A DNA stretch of 61,044 bases, the filler included, from Basidiobolus ranarum (lineage: Eukaryota): NCBI GenBank assembly GCA_040143965.1. It is 4 parts of 4 records of this genome, joined end to end, with 100 filler letters (N's around TTAATTAATTAA, not from the genome) between each part and the next. Parts side by side here need not be neighbours in the genome. Positions count along the whole stretch, not along the records: positions 45,888 to 61,044 come from JASJQH010000391.1; 3 more parts are not named here. One strand, 5' to 3'. Below the pieces are notes generated by a model that had not been told where the DNA came from, did no database searches, and saw only the letters and a program-made list of their open reading frames with translations. The stretch's first letter is position 1; every line of letters starts with the position of its first letter. A program made the position numbers and the translations under genes. Of this stretch, positions 49,330-61,044 are shown one piece after another.

Positions 49330-52300
49330 ATGTCCAAAGCAATGCTTTCAAAATTAAGAGCAATATGTCCGACCTATGGTCAATTCAAAAAAGTTCTCAA
49401 GGCTGATATCGCTCTAACTGTTACCTTAGTATTGGTGTTTGATCTGGTCACTAACAGAGGTATTGGTCAAGGAAATCTCTTAGTCTGCGTAGCAATGATA
49501 TTTCTGTGCCCAGTTAAACCAGTTGGACTACATCTGGAGGTGAGTACTGTTGCTCATGTGAATTTGTGACCTGAACTAAACTATTGCTATGTAATAAGGC
49601 AACGATCCTAAGTGGGTTAGGTGTAATGATTAGTGCTGCTTGGAGTTTTCTTGGTGCGTATTTCTTGCTGGAAACCCCATGATCAAATGGCTCACACTAT
49701 TACGTTAGGCATGTATCTTGCGAATCTTTCTCGGGACCACACCAAGTCGAGCCCCTTTCAAGTAAGCAGCGGGGCCATCCTAGCCGCATTCCTACTGGTG
49801 GGAACCTTCTTCTTCAACTGGCTTAGAGACACCTATCCAATGAGTAGGTACTTCATCAACTTTCACCCTTCCACCTACTAATCCTATTCATCATATTAAG
49901 CCAATTTCGCCAGTATTTTGGGTTGTGTACTTCTTATCTTTGTAATGACCACTGCGCCAGCTATTCCTGGGTTTTTACCTCAGATTGTGGTAGGTTGAGT
50001 TGTAGAAGTATCAGTTTTGTTATTACACATATACTTATTCATTTTCGTAAGTGGGCGATGGTTATTCCAATTATGGTGGGCATTGGTGTATCTCTCATCG
50101 TTGACATAGTGGTATGGCCAGAATACACTGTCAATAATTACCTAGATGTATTCTCGAGGACCCTCAACTCATTCAATGAGCTGCTTACTCTGCAAGCCGA
50201 GGCATTTTTGAGAGATCCAGAGGCAGCGCTTGCCGAGCCTGCAATACCTCTGTCTGCTGTTGGGCGGCAGTTACAAGGAAATGTACTGATGCTAATCGAA
50301 ATGAAGGATGCTGTCCAGCGGGAAATCCTGTACTCCAGACTGAAAGCAAAGGATTTTAGCCATCTAACCAGAATTATCAAGTCAATGACAGTACCATTAC
50401 ATGGTATTAGTCTCAGTCGGGTGATGCAGCAGGATATGTATAACACCCGAGCTTATGGAAACTTTTATCAGTGGCTAACAGGTGCACATGAGATTTCCTC
50501 TTCTAAGAATGGCCTCGACACAAATGAGCTACTGGAAAAATATAGAGATATATTGCGTACACTCCGACCGATATGTAATGCGTTAGTACTAGCGTGTACA
50601 TCTACCCTGTCAGAATGTATCAAATGTCTGAGCCGTATGAACGATGGAAAGACTAAAAATACCACGGCTGATGACCAGACTCACATATCGCGTTTAGTTC
50701 CAAGACTAAGGGAGGCAATTCAAACTTTCGAGAAATGCAGAATACGAGACATGGCTAATATATTTCCATCAAAATACAACACAATGCTATTGCCGTTCTT
50801 GTTCCAGTTTAACCTTCGTGAATACGCAGAAAGGGTGCTGAAAGTAGCGGAGTCCATAGCTTCTTTGGAAGAAGATAGACGCGAGAAGCAGCTACGTTGG
50901 CCCAAAATGACATTAAAAAAATGGATCAAGGGGAGCACTAACGAAGAGGATATCACTGCCAAGGATAATCAACTAAGCCCAGGAGACGATGAAGATAAAT
51001 CCGTGGATAAATTGTTGGGTCCATCTTCTTTAGAGCACGATCATGCCGGCAATATACGCTGGCGTGATCCGGATGTTCTTGCACCATCTTCACGCTGTGA
51101 AGTATTTTTTTTCAAGCTCTATAAACTCAAGATTTGGCTATTACAGCCCCAAATACTTACCGTGTTGAAGACTTCCATTGGGTGCATTCTTTTATCCCTA
51201 CCAGCATTCTTTGCGAACTCTGCTAAATGGTATGCAGAATGGCGAGGCCAATGGACAGTTATTACCGTTGTGTTTTGGATGTTTCCAAGTTCCGGTTTAC
51301 TAATTCTTGGGTAAACTTCGTTTTGCCTTGCAGCATCATCGATTGTTATTGCTAATTGGGTTTGTTATTAAGATTTTTCCTTCGGGTTGTTGGTACAGTG
51401 GCCGGCGCGGTTTTCGGAATAGTGATTTGGGAGATTTGCCAAGATGTATCCTATGCTCTGTGTGCAGTCTTGTTTATAGTTAATTATGCACTATATCACA
51501 TTTATTTCTTCAGGCCGTTCTGGCGGGTATGTATCTTGATGACGCAAATTACAATGATCTTGGTAAGTTACTCACTTCTTGATATTCATCATAATTATCT
51601 ATTGACCTGAAAGTATTAGGTTATTGTATATCGATACAACTACATTTTAGAGCACAATACAGACCCAGTGTGGAAGGTGGCAGGAATGGTGAGTAAATTT
51701 TGTGCATAAATTAAAGTTCAGCGTACTCAGGTCTTTCTGCTACAGCGATGCCTTACGGTCATGATTGGTGTAGTAGCTGCCTCAATAATGTACTGCCTAC
51801 CCTTTCCGGATACGGGACGCGTTGCATTGAGACGCAGACTTGCTGGTACTGTTCGAGATATCAGTGTGCTGTATACTTGCCTGACCTATGTGCTAGAAAA
51901 CTGGTCTCCGGATAGCTCTACCACTGAGAGTCAAAGAAAGCAATTTGAGAAACTGGCATTGAATATATATCAGCAGATCGCCTCAGAAAGAATTCTTCTT
52001 GAGCACACAAAATATGAACCGCCTCTTCGCGGCAAATATCCAAGAGACAAATATATACGAGTGCTAGAGCATGTGGAAAATATGATAAATATGTTACAGA
52101 CTATTGTAAGCGTGACTATCGATGCTTTTACTATTTATCATCTGGTTAACGTGATTATATTAGGAGCTATCATTAGAAAAAATACCACAGAAATGGCGCG
52201 CGTCTCTGAAGCCAAGGGAACCCTATGTAAGCGAAACTATAGCTCGAAGATACTGACTCGTATTTAATCCTAAAAATCCATGGAATTATTATAGGTTGCG

Positions 52301-52621
52301 ACTGTACTAGCAGGATTTAAATATATCTCTGCTGGGTTAGCGGCCAAAATTTCATTACCGCCATATCTGTCCTACCCCAAGGATACACTGTCCCAATCTA
52401 CATTGGCCAACTCCCAATATCCACCTCACGATGATCCGGAGTTCATGTAAGTTTATTCTTGAAGTATGGTATAGTCAGAGATATTAAACTTCGATACTAG
52501 TGTTTATGCCGCATTTTTGCTCTATAATGTTGCATTTGCCATGGAGGTGCAAAAGTTGCTAGAAGTAGTACAAGACCTGGTAGGAGTGGACACGCCTGGA
52601 GATTGGATGCAAATAGTCTAA
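49330..52621 (+). CDS. Multi-pass membrane protein of the ArAE_2/FUSC (aromatic acid exporter, BRE4-like) family; about 11 exons; start uncertain
   Basis: Two hydrophobic TM blocks with motifs VVWPE, WRGQW, FLRVVGTVAGAVFG, RRRLA and KYEPPLRGKYP. Numerous GT-AG introns; stop TAA at 52619-52621. Confidence 0.8.
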
Positions 52622-53223
52622 GCATATAAAATTATGTGTGGAAGAGCAACATCTGATGCAGTAGATTTCTCTGTCATTGTTCCACTAAACTTATTCACTG
52701 TACAATAATCAATAATATATGAGTAATTTTACTATCCTGGCCTGGATGTTTAACACTACACAACTTTTCTGCACATTGGTTTTATTATACTAGTTTGATG
52801 AATCAACCAGAACAGGACATCCAGAAAATTAACATGGACAATAATATGGGTGGCAATCTTACTTTCACATCCTATTGTCTTGATTCCTCTTGGAAAGTGT
52901 ACAAATTAGATCAAGAAGTATAGTTAATCTAAGTCTCCTGGAGTTAACCCAAAGTTTAGCAAACAAGACATCTCATGCTTATATATTCAATACTTTTGAG
53001 ATTAAGTTCATTATCAATAAGTTGCGATAACCGTCCACATTTATTCATATAACTGTCTAAACCCAATTGTTCTTAATTCTGTTCTATATTGTTCTATGAA
53101 CAAAGACTAAACCTAAGCGGTGCATTTCTCCCTTATGTTGATGATAACACTAATATGGGTAAACCACTTGATAGATAACCTTGCGTGGATAAAGCTCTTA
53201 TGCGTTGTTAGATCTTGTGTGTT

Positions 53224-54690
53224 CTAACGGATTTTCATCAAAGTTGCGTACTTGTTCAACAAAGTGTCTGTTTTCATCGCATCTGATCCATCTTCTTCTA
53301 CAGTTATGATAATAGTTACATCTCCAGTAGACTTCTGCTTCAGTAAACAAACATAGCCCGGTGGGAGAATACCTTCACCTCCAGTTGCTTCAAAAGGTTT
53401 TCCCCATCCGAAATCCATATCTTCACCTTCCAAATCAAATCGACACCAATTGGTAAATGCCAAATCAGCAGTCCAAAAAATTCGACCGGGAGGGATGATA
53501 TGTTCAGGCGCTTCCATAAAACGGATTCTATTTGCAATGGCTTCGGTCGAAAGTTGCTCATTTAGAGAGGATCTAATGGCGTGAGCTACACGAGAAGCTG
53601 ACTTAGCATCTGAAGACAACAGATCGGCACGAGGTACAGTGGTCATGAAAAGACAATTGAAGTTTCCGAAATATTGACCACCAGTCATGTTCTGATTGGG
53701 AGAGCGTTCTCGGCCATCCGCGGCCATCGCAATAGTCTCGGTTCCTGATTCCTCGCTAGAACCGCCAAATGAACCCTCACGGGAAACCTTAGCACTTGCG
53801 CGAGCGCGTGTGAGGACACCCCATAGCAGAGCAGTCAACGCATCACCTGATGAAATCCATGTATCGGAAGAATCTTTCAAAGCAAGTGTGAGATCGTTTT
53901 TCAAGTTGGTCAGTTCGCTGTCAGTAATTTTCCATTTTTGAACTATTCCTGCTGAGAAAGCAGGCATTTCTGTTGGTGGAGAAGGTAGTACTACGTAGCC
54001 TTTTGGAGCTGGTGGTGGGGACACTGCTTGTGATGCCGATTTGATGTATTCAGTGAAAAATCGGCCAGGAGTGTGAGACCAGTCTTGCAGTATGGTTTGA
54101 GGATCAATGGCTTCACCTCGAGCGATTTTAGCCCAGAGTCCAAGGAAATCGAGAAAGCCTCGTAGATCAGTGAAATAATGATGCATTGAGGAGGCTACGG
54201 CTATGGTTCCGCAAGAGAACTATTGAAACAGATTTTTAAGTTGAATGGCCAATATAAATAGCAAAATATTAAAGGTTACCTGAGTGACTCTTACTGCTAA
54301 TGCGCCTGATGGTGTGGGTAACAACAAGACAGGACGAGGAGACAAGTCTTCGGCATCGCCAGTAAAAGGTGAATCTCTCATTTCGACCTCAAAAATTGCA
54401 CCTTCCCCATCCAACGCAATATATGGTTCGCCCTTTTCATTCGCACGTATAGTGCCAGCAACAGGCGGATATAGTTCAAGCGCCTCAGCAAGAGAAGACT
54501 TGAGTGTATCGACTACATCTTGTTCCGTTAGATGTTCGGGGCGATGGAAGAAACGGTGGTTACTGATGTGAACAGGAGCAGCCATGAGATCAAATCCATG
54601 TAAAGTAACTGTTGGGGATGTGTAGGAGAGATTATGTTTGTTGGTTGGTTTGATAACAAAACTCTCTACAGATTTTGAGGTCATTGCCAT
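53224..54690 (-). CDS. BAHD/Tri101-type acyltransferase (transferase family); intron 54279-54220
   Basis: LKSSLAEALELYPPVAG, VTQFSCG, the HXXXD motif HYFTD, YFGN and DFGWGKP. Confidence 0.9.
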
Positions 54691-56407
54691 GATTGTACGA
54701 TTCAAGTTGGAAAGCAAAAAGAAGTATGTTGATTGCTAATTTTACGGAATGCGCAATCCAAAGCTCACTACCTGAACGTAATCAATTTATACTCCATTTG
54801 CAAATGCAGGGGGTCAGAAATGAGATTAGTACGGTTCCAAAAATAGTATCTATAATTGACTTAGGGTTACGCAGTGTGATGGCATCGTGTAACTATGGTG
54901 GTAGAAATACGTCATTCCAAGCTGTGCCGTTCATTTGGGATTATTTTAATGTACATTCCGATTTTTAATTAATCCATGAGAAATAGGTTGCTGCTTTTCT
55001 TCGTTGGAGCGTGGAATTTCAAAATCAATTATGCCTGTTGTATTAGCGAGAGCCATATTTTCATCGGACAGTACCCTGCAAAGTACGTACCAACTAAATC
55101 TTGCTTATTCGATAAAAAGCTTCCCTCTTCACTTAGTGGAAAATTAAGTGATCTGGATATAGAATACGCTACTGCGGTTGATCGGAAAATGTTTATAACT
55201 GAATTCTCAGCGGGGTTCGGGAGAGCTTCATCCACCAACGTGCTCGATTTAGTATGTGGATTGATTCTTTCACCACATATCTCAGTTGTGGATTGATCAG
55301 ATCTATGGGCGTAATCTAGAACCCGTGTTGGTATGTGCATCGGGTTCTGGATTGAAACTTGACTGCTAGCAAAAGTGAGCCCGAAAGAAACCTGGAACAA
55401 ATTCGTACTTCGTGAGAATTATGGAATGCTTTTCAAGCTGAAGGATAGGAATATCTAACCCTAACTAGTGTTATCAATTGAATTATTTGCCATCTAATTA
55501 AACCTTATTGACCATAAATTAGCTTAATTCGGAACAATACCGCTATTTCCAACCGAACCTTATTTAGACAGTGCTCTAATTGTTGATGAGTCAATGGAAA
55601 AGTGGATCACATAGGATACATATCAATAATTGAGTTGAACATGCTGTACTGCGGATAACCCATTCGACCGAGTTCTTAGAATATCGTGGGAGAATTGAAC
55701 TTCGAAGGTAATAAAGAAGATTGCGGCCTAGTTCCACAAATTTTTGGTGAAGTTACATACCGTAGTAACTAGAGTATATGACCAATAATCAGAATTTCTC
55801 TTGGATCAGGCGCCCCTGTTTCTGATAAACCTAACCCACACTACTATTCGGGCTATCCATGTGAAAACCAATATCACTAACACCTTAAGGATGTACATTA
55901 TAATCTAACTGGTTATATAAAACTTGTTCTGTTCTTGAGTACAAATTGGACTAAGTAGACTAGAATTTATGCAACCACTACGCAATATGCATCATATTGA
56001 CCCATTTCTAATACACCGCCATGTTTTGTGTTCTTGATGAATCAAACAATGTGCCTTTATATAATCTTAGGTTTTGTTGAATTTTTAACTTGAAAGCTTT
56101 ATGGATTAATTTAGCTGATACTTCAGTTCTTAATGCTTAGCAATGTATTCAGTTGTCAAACGACTGGCAATCTATACCAGTGACAGAGCTATGCAATTAA
56201 ATCACCAGCGTTCACCTCAGGATAGGTCGTAACGTTACTGACTTGCGCCGTTGTTAATAGGCTAATAAACAATTCTTAATTAGGATTCAATAATTTTATG
56301 CCTTGCATGATTTGTTGTCTGATGAAAGAAACATGATATACAAGTTATAGATATATTGTAACTGTTGCCTTCAGTGTTGACACTCTACCTCGAGTTGCTC
56401 CACATAC

Positions 56408-56727
56408 TGTTAAAGTATTTTGGGTGCCTGTGGGAAGTGGTTTGGAGAATTAGAGAAATTGGTGGTTTTCACTTATTGATGTATTGGGTTGAAAGTTGAC
56501 ATTTATAGTTTTGTCAAGATGTAAGCAAACTAACATGTAGAATATGTTAAAGAAGGTCCTAGTAACATGTGTGCAAAGTTTGGTGCTTCTTTGAAAAATC
56601 GATATATCTTCAAACTTCTAAGTAAATTCTGATATCGAATATTGGGTAATATCTTTGTTCAATATAAGATAACTAAATACTAAGCTATATATGACTATAT
56701 AGGTGTTGAGCAATGCTAATTTCAACA
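56408..56727 (-). mobile_element. Solo LTR, ~340-bp family
   Basis: TGTTAAAG...TTTCAACA termini; no matching TSD. Confidence 0.87.
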
Positions 56728-56786
56728 TATTAAAGTGTATTTCCTACGCTTGAATGGCAATTAAGCTTAAAATATATCAAAACTAG

Positions 56787-57117
56787 TGTTGGAATTAACA
56801 TAGCCTACACATCTATATAGTAATATATAGCTAAGTATTCAGTTTTTTTCATAATTCAGTAAGATATCACCTACTATTCCCAATTGGAACTTGTTTAGAA
56901 GTTTGAAAATATATAGATTTTGAGAACTTTCCCTACAGGCCCCAAACTTTGCACACTTGTTCCTGGGACGTTCCTTGGTTCCTTCTACACCTTTTTTTTG
57001 CTTACCCCTTAACAAAACTATAAATGCTAACTTTCCACTCAATAAATCGATAGGGTAAAACCATCAATTCTTTCAAGTTCTCCAAACCACTTCCAACAAC
57101 TTCCTGAATACTTCAAC
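56787..57117 (+). mobile_element. Solo LTR, diverged copy
   Basis: TGTTGGAATT start and CCAAACCACTTCCAACA...ACTTCAAC end. Confidence 0.82.
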
Positions 57118-57151
57118 TAAGAATATAACGCAAACACTTTACACAACTTAG

Positions 57152-57499
57152 TGTTGAAATTAACATTGCCTAAACACCTATACAGTCATATATAGCTTAG
57201 TACTTAGTTATCTTATAATTCACTAAGATATTATCTATTATTCTCATAAGGAATTTACTTAGAATATTGACACCAACTTAGATGTTCTCAAATATATAGC
57301 TTTTTCAAACTTGTGCTAGAAGCCCTAAACTTTACATACATGCTCCTGGGATCTTGCTTAACACATTCTACACGTTAGTTTGCTTACATCTTGACAAAAC
57401 TATAAATGTCAACTTTCTACTCAATAAATCAATAAGTGAAAACCACCAATTTCTCTAATTCCCCAAACCACTTCCAACAGGCTCCCAAATACTTTAACA
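57152..57499 (+). mobile_element. Solo LTR with perfect TSD CTTAG
   Basis: CTTAG|TGTTGAAATT...TACTTTAACA|CTTAG, with internal TATA-like and AATAAA motifs. Confidence 0.93.
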
Positions 57500-57967
57500 C
57501 TTAGGTAGTAGGAAAATCATAGTACTTGTATATTGTATAATATTTGATATACACATAGAAAGTATCTCAGAATGTAATGCTATTGTGTAAGACCTAAATA
57601 GCACTAAACCAGCTCTTTGATGATTCCTTTGCCAAACATGCTTTCTCCAACTACACAGCACACTTTTTTCTATGAGAATAACCTATTCTGTATTGGTTAA
57701 TATTGCTCGAGGGGACAAGTTCAAGGTAATATAGAAAAGTTATTAGCTAATTCATTTGGTTTACTCTAAGCGGCAACCAAGAAATTTCAATCTATCAAAA
57801 TGATGATAACTTAAGTATTGGTTTATTATTGGGTACTGGTAAATAGTGAAGATAAAGATGATTAAAATAATTACAATGATTAGACTCACTAGTTTAGAAA
57901 CATGGCACTGGGTTTAATACTCACGCGATCATTTACACGTGAAATAGATATTAAAGTATTCTTACAC

Positions 57968-59044
57968 TTAATGACAGCCAGCCTTGGGTTCAACTGAAAC
58001 TGTTCGGAACTTGGCAAACAAAAAGCTACCAACTGCTAAGCCAGTAATAATCGAGAAGAACAATGCCACATTGAATGTCATAGTAACCAACATAAGGGAA
58101 TATCCCACAGTAGCATCAATAAATCTCATGACTAATCTGATGGTATCCCGAGGTAAACTGGCGGTAAAGAAGCCCAAAGATATTGAAGAACTAGGTTGGT
58201 TAGTGAGTGCCCATTTGGACTCGAGGTTTCCGCGGAGAACACCGAATCCTTCGTAAAGCGCTCCAATGAAGAAAATTGCAAACCATGCTCCAACCAATTG
58301 ACCTTTGGACTTTGGGACCCAATTCTTGAACAAAATGTATTCGTGAATACCAGTGTGGAAGTACATAATCATGGATGGGGCAGGTTCTCCACTGCTAGAG
58401 GTGCCACTAGTACAGAAAGGGAGATCGGGGGTGGCATTACACATAGCGGACCACTTTTTGCATTGGCTCATCTCAGGCATGGATTTACACAAATCAGAGT
58501 AAGTAGAGATATTATCACAGCCTTTAGGATTAGCTATACATTTATCACATCCTGGCATATTCATCTCGGTACATATACTGGTGATGAAACCGAAGGCTTC
58601 GGCGGTAGTAGGGATGTTGGAAATCTCGGGCTCATTTTTACATTGCTTTACTACGGAGGTGCTATTTCCACACAACGATACCCAAGCTTTACACCCAGCC
58701 ATCTTCGGCATATCGTTTTGGCAGACATTAGCTACAATCGACATCTTACTGCACCATGGCTTAGCACTGTAGGCAGGCGAGTCGGTACATATTTTATTAA
58801 CGCTACATCCAGGCATATACGACATGGCTTTGCACAGGCTTAGAATGCTGGCATCTAGAGTAGCTCCCTCCATTTTGAAGTCAGCACAAGCAGCGCTCGT
58901 GGGATCGGTGTAGCATGGACTGTCCATAGGAAGAGTATTATTGTTGGGTGTGGGGCTCATACCTCCATGATTTGAGTGATCTTGTCCTTGAATAGCGGAA
59001 ACGATACAGGAGATGGCGAGAATTAAAGCATTAGAGAATCTCAT
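57968..59044 (-). CDS. Ctr-family copper transporter with signal peptide and Cys-Met repeat ectodomain, intronless
   Basis: MIMYFH before TM1, MLVTM (MxxxM) in TM2, GLAVG (GxxxG) in TM3, C-terminal GCH, and four C-x2/3-M-x1/2-M-x2-C units. Confidence 0.92.
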   Translation of the reverse strand: MRFSNALILAISCIVSAIQGQDHSNHGGMSPTPNNNTLPMDSPCYTDPTSAACADFKMEGATLDASILSLCKAMSYMPGCSVNKICTDSPAYSAKPWCSKMSIVANVCQNDMPKMAGCKAWVSLCGNSTSVVKQCKNEPEISNIPTTAEAFGFITSICTEMNMPGCDKCIANPKGCDNISTYSDLCKSMPEMSQCKKWSAMCNATPDLPFCTSGTSSSGEPAPSMIMYFHTGIHEYILFKNWVPKSKGQLVGAWFAIFFIGALYEGFGVLRGNLESKWALTNQPSSSISLGFFTASLPRDTIRLVMRFIDATVGYSLMLVTMTFNVALFFSIITGLAVGSFLFAKFRTVSVEPKAGCH

Positions 59045-60149
59045 TATTATACGGATAAAAGTGTGATGATGATTACTGTATTAATAGGAATATCCGATAA
59101 ACTCTGAACGAGTCGACTCTCTTTTATACCAATATCTTAGTAACACAGTCAAATCATTATCCAGTCAGGTCTTGATGGCTCCCCCCAACAATAATCAGAT
59201 AGTTATTCTCAACTAGAAATTATTCCTTTTCGTCCAGTTCTGCTAGTGCATTACCAAACTCCACTTAGAGGTTCCAGAAGTGCTGAAATGTAGTGCAAGC
59301 TGCATAGATTCACAAAACCTCTGTTCCTTGCGGTCAAATTGGTATAGTTTAGGTGGCGGCAGGGTGTGTTTATTGTAGTTACTATATATGGAAATGGTAT
59401 GGAAGGAGTCTCTTGAGGTATTCTGGAAAATAGCCTTTTTCAAAGGGGCTTGTGCACCTTGGTAATGCTAAATATAGAACAGAAAAAAAGTCGAGTGCAT
59501 AGGCTATACACGTTGCTGTATCCAAATTCATTGGCTTTCTCAATTGGGCGAATGAAGTAGTTCTCACATAGGTTGTCACACTACATAATTTTCAATGATG
59601 GGCATAAACGGAAATCATCTAGAACTAGCACCCACTTTGTTAGAACACTGCTCATTTGTTCGAGATTCTAGAAATCTACTTGAAAAGGAAATTCGAATTC
59701 ATATGGTGAGCTCTAACCCTGGTAAGCTCCTACCCACATGTTCAGATTCTTTAGTATTAACCAATATCACTCGAAAGCCGAAGAAATTTCAATATGAAGT
59801 GTCGGATGTTTCCGGAGTAGCAGTTGAAAGAAAGTACTACGTCAATCTATGAAAGGCGAAGCGATTCAAAAACTTTATCCGCTTCCAGGTTGACGAGAAT
59901 ACAGATATTCAAATAGAGCAAGAACAAAATGACCAGTTGCCCATTCCTAGTATCTAATCGCTTAGCCGAAAACCTACAAGTATTAATTGAAGAATCTTAA
60001 TGTTTGATACAAATTTTCCACTTGAAAAATTTCATCATGGTCTAAAGCTTAGCGAAGGACATGAGACTGCAACAATGTCAAACTCAAAAGGGTTGCTCGA
60101 AAAATTTATACTCGGATGTTAGATGAAGAAAAAAAATAAGTCATGGCGG

Positions 60150-61044
60150 TAAGGTAAGGAAATACGCGATCCATTTGGATCAACAGAGTTCAATATCCAG
60201 TTGATTGTAAAAACACCAAATCTTACACATACTGCAAATTACCCCTGTGGCTTACTCAACTACTATTCATATCGTATTTCATAGATCACCAGGATACAAT
60301 TAAGCACTCTTACTTGTTTTTTATTGGTGTTTAGTACAGGCGTAAGTATGATTGAGATTCATGATGAAGCTCAACACTCTTTTCAAGAAATTACTTCTTG
60401 CACATATCACTTTTCAACAATGTAGACAATCTAGAATTAACAAGTTGAACGTTCATGTATCACATATTGTAAGTGCTTTTACTGTCTATCAAAACATGTA
60501 CATTGGATAGAACTCATGAATGCTGAGAAAAGACAAAATTTACTAACTCTTTCAATGAGCCCAAGCATTATATTTGACTTGCTTACAATCCTAGATCTAT
60601 GTAATCATCTGGCTTCATGTATGCTTTCTTACTACTCTTCAAGTGGTCCAAATGCTCGATAACAAAAAAGTTACATTTTGCTTATATCTAAGACAAGCTT
60701 TCCATTATGATAGCAACATTTTGGGGGTTTATCTCTTGTTTACGAACTTACTAGAATATGTATTGCTTTAATAGTATCTCAAGTCTTCAAACTCATTATG
60801 CCTATGTCTGTCCCCAAAAGGATCTAATGGCAATGTAAAGTTTGTTATTAATGTAGATCATTCTTGAATATAATTCAGCTAATATATCCCCATTTGTATA
60901 TTTTTATGATGCAAATATATATTAGGTACATGCAAGCTCCATCTTGCAACATGCCTTTCTTGTTTATCAAAATATTCTATTGCAGGTGAAAATTCCACCA
61001 AAAAGAGCTTAAAGAAATTGAGTGGATTACGCAAGCGGAGCATG
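60150..61044 (-). mobile_element. Highly decayed LINE-like RT/C-terminal remnant
   Basis: Minus-strand fragments YHNGK and RIVSKSNIMLGLIER resemble the IVxKAxxMLGxIxR motif downstream of LINE RT domains. Many stops. Confidence 0.3.

Overview
This is eukaryotic genomic DNA from an intron-rich fungus with short (about 50-85 nt) GT-AG introns. Gene content suggests an early-diverging lineage (Zoopagomycota/Mucoromycota-like); this is an inference. The draft assembly has three 100-nt N-gaps containing an artificial TTAATTAATTAA linker. Recognisable genes are RPL10 (partial), ENP2/NOL10, SSN6/CYC8, RPL15, a pRiA4b-ORF3-like protein, a PGA2-like membrane protein, an M28 aminopeptidase homologue, a carbon-nitrogen hydrolase, a C2H2 zinc-finger protein, importin beta-3 (PSE1/KAP121), DAM1, a hexokinase-family kinase, an ArAE/FUSC-type membrane protein, a BAHD-type acyltransferase and a Ctr copper transporter. 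Intergenic DNA holds about 12 copies of one ~330-350-bp TGTT...AACA element. Several copies have perfect 5-bp target-site duplications, two sets are nested, and one is joined to a decayed Ty1/copia gag. Very decayed LINE-like remnants are also present. The most notable observations are: (1) an unannotated protein with AF4/FMR2-like (super elongation complex scaffold) features plus a run of histone-tail-like GGK motifs; (2) three clustered in-frame stop codons in a conserved segment of the importin gene, which also forms a 48-nt GT-AG unit; (3) an intact M28 gene that has lost most of its catalytic residues; (4) a Dam1 with an extra winged-helix-like C-terminus; (5) a Ctr with Chlamydomonas/Dictyostelium-type Cys-Met repeats. 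All family assignments come from motif recognition by eye; no database searches were run.
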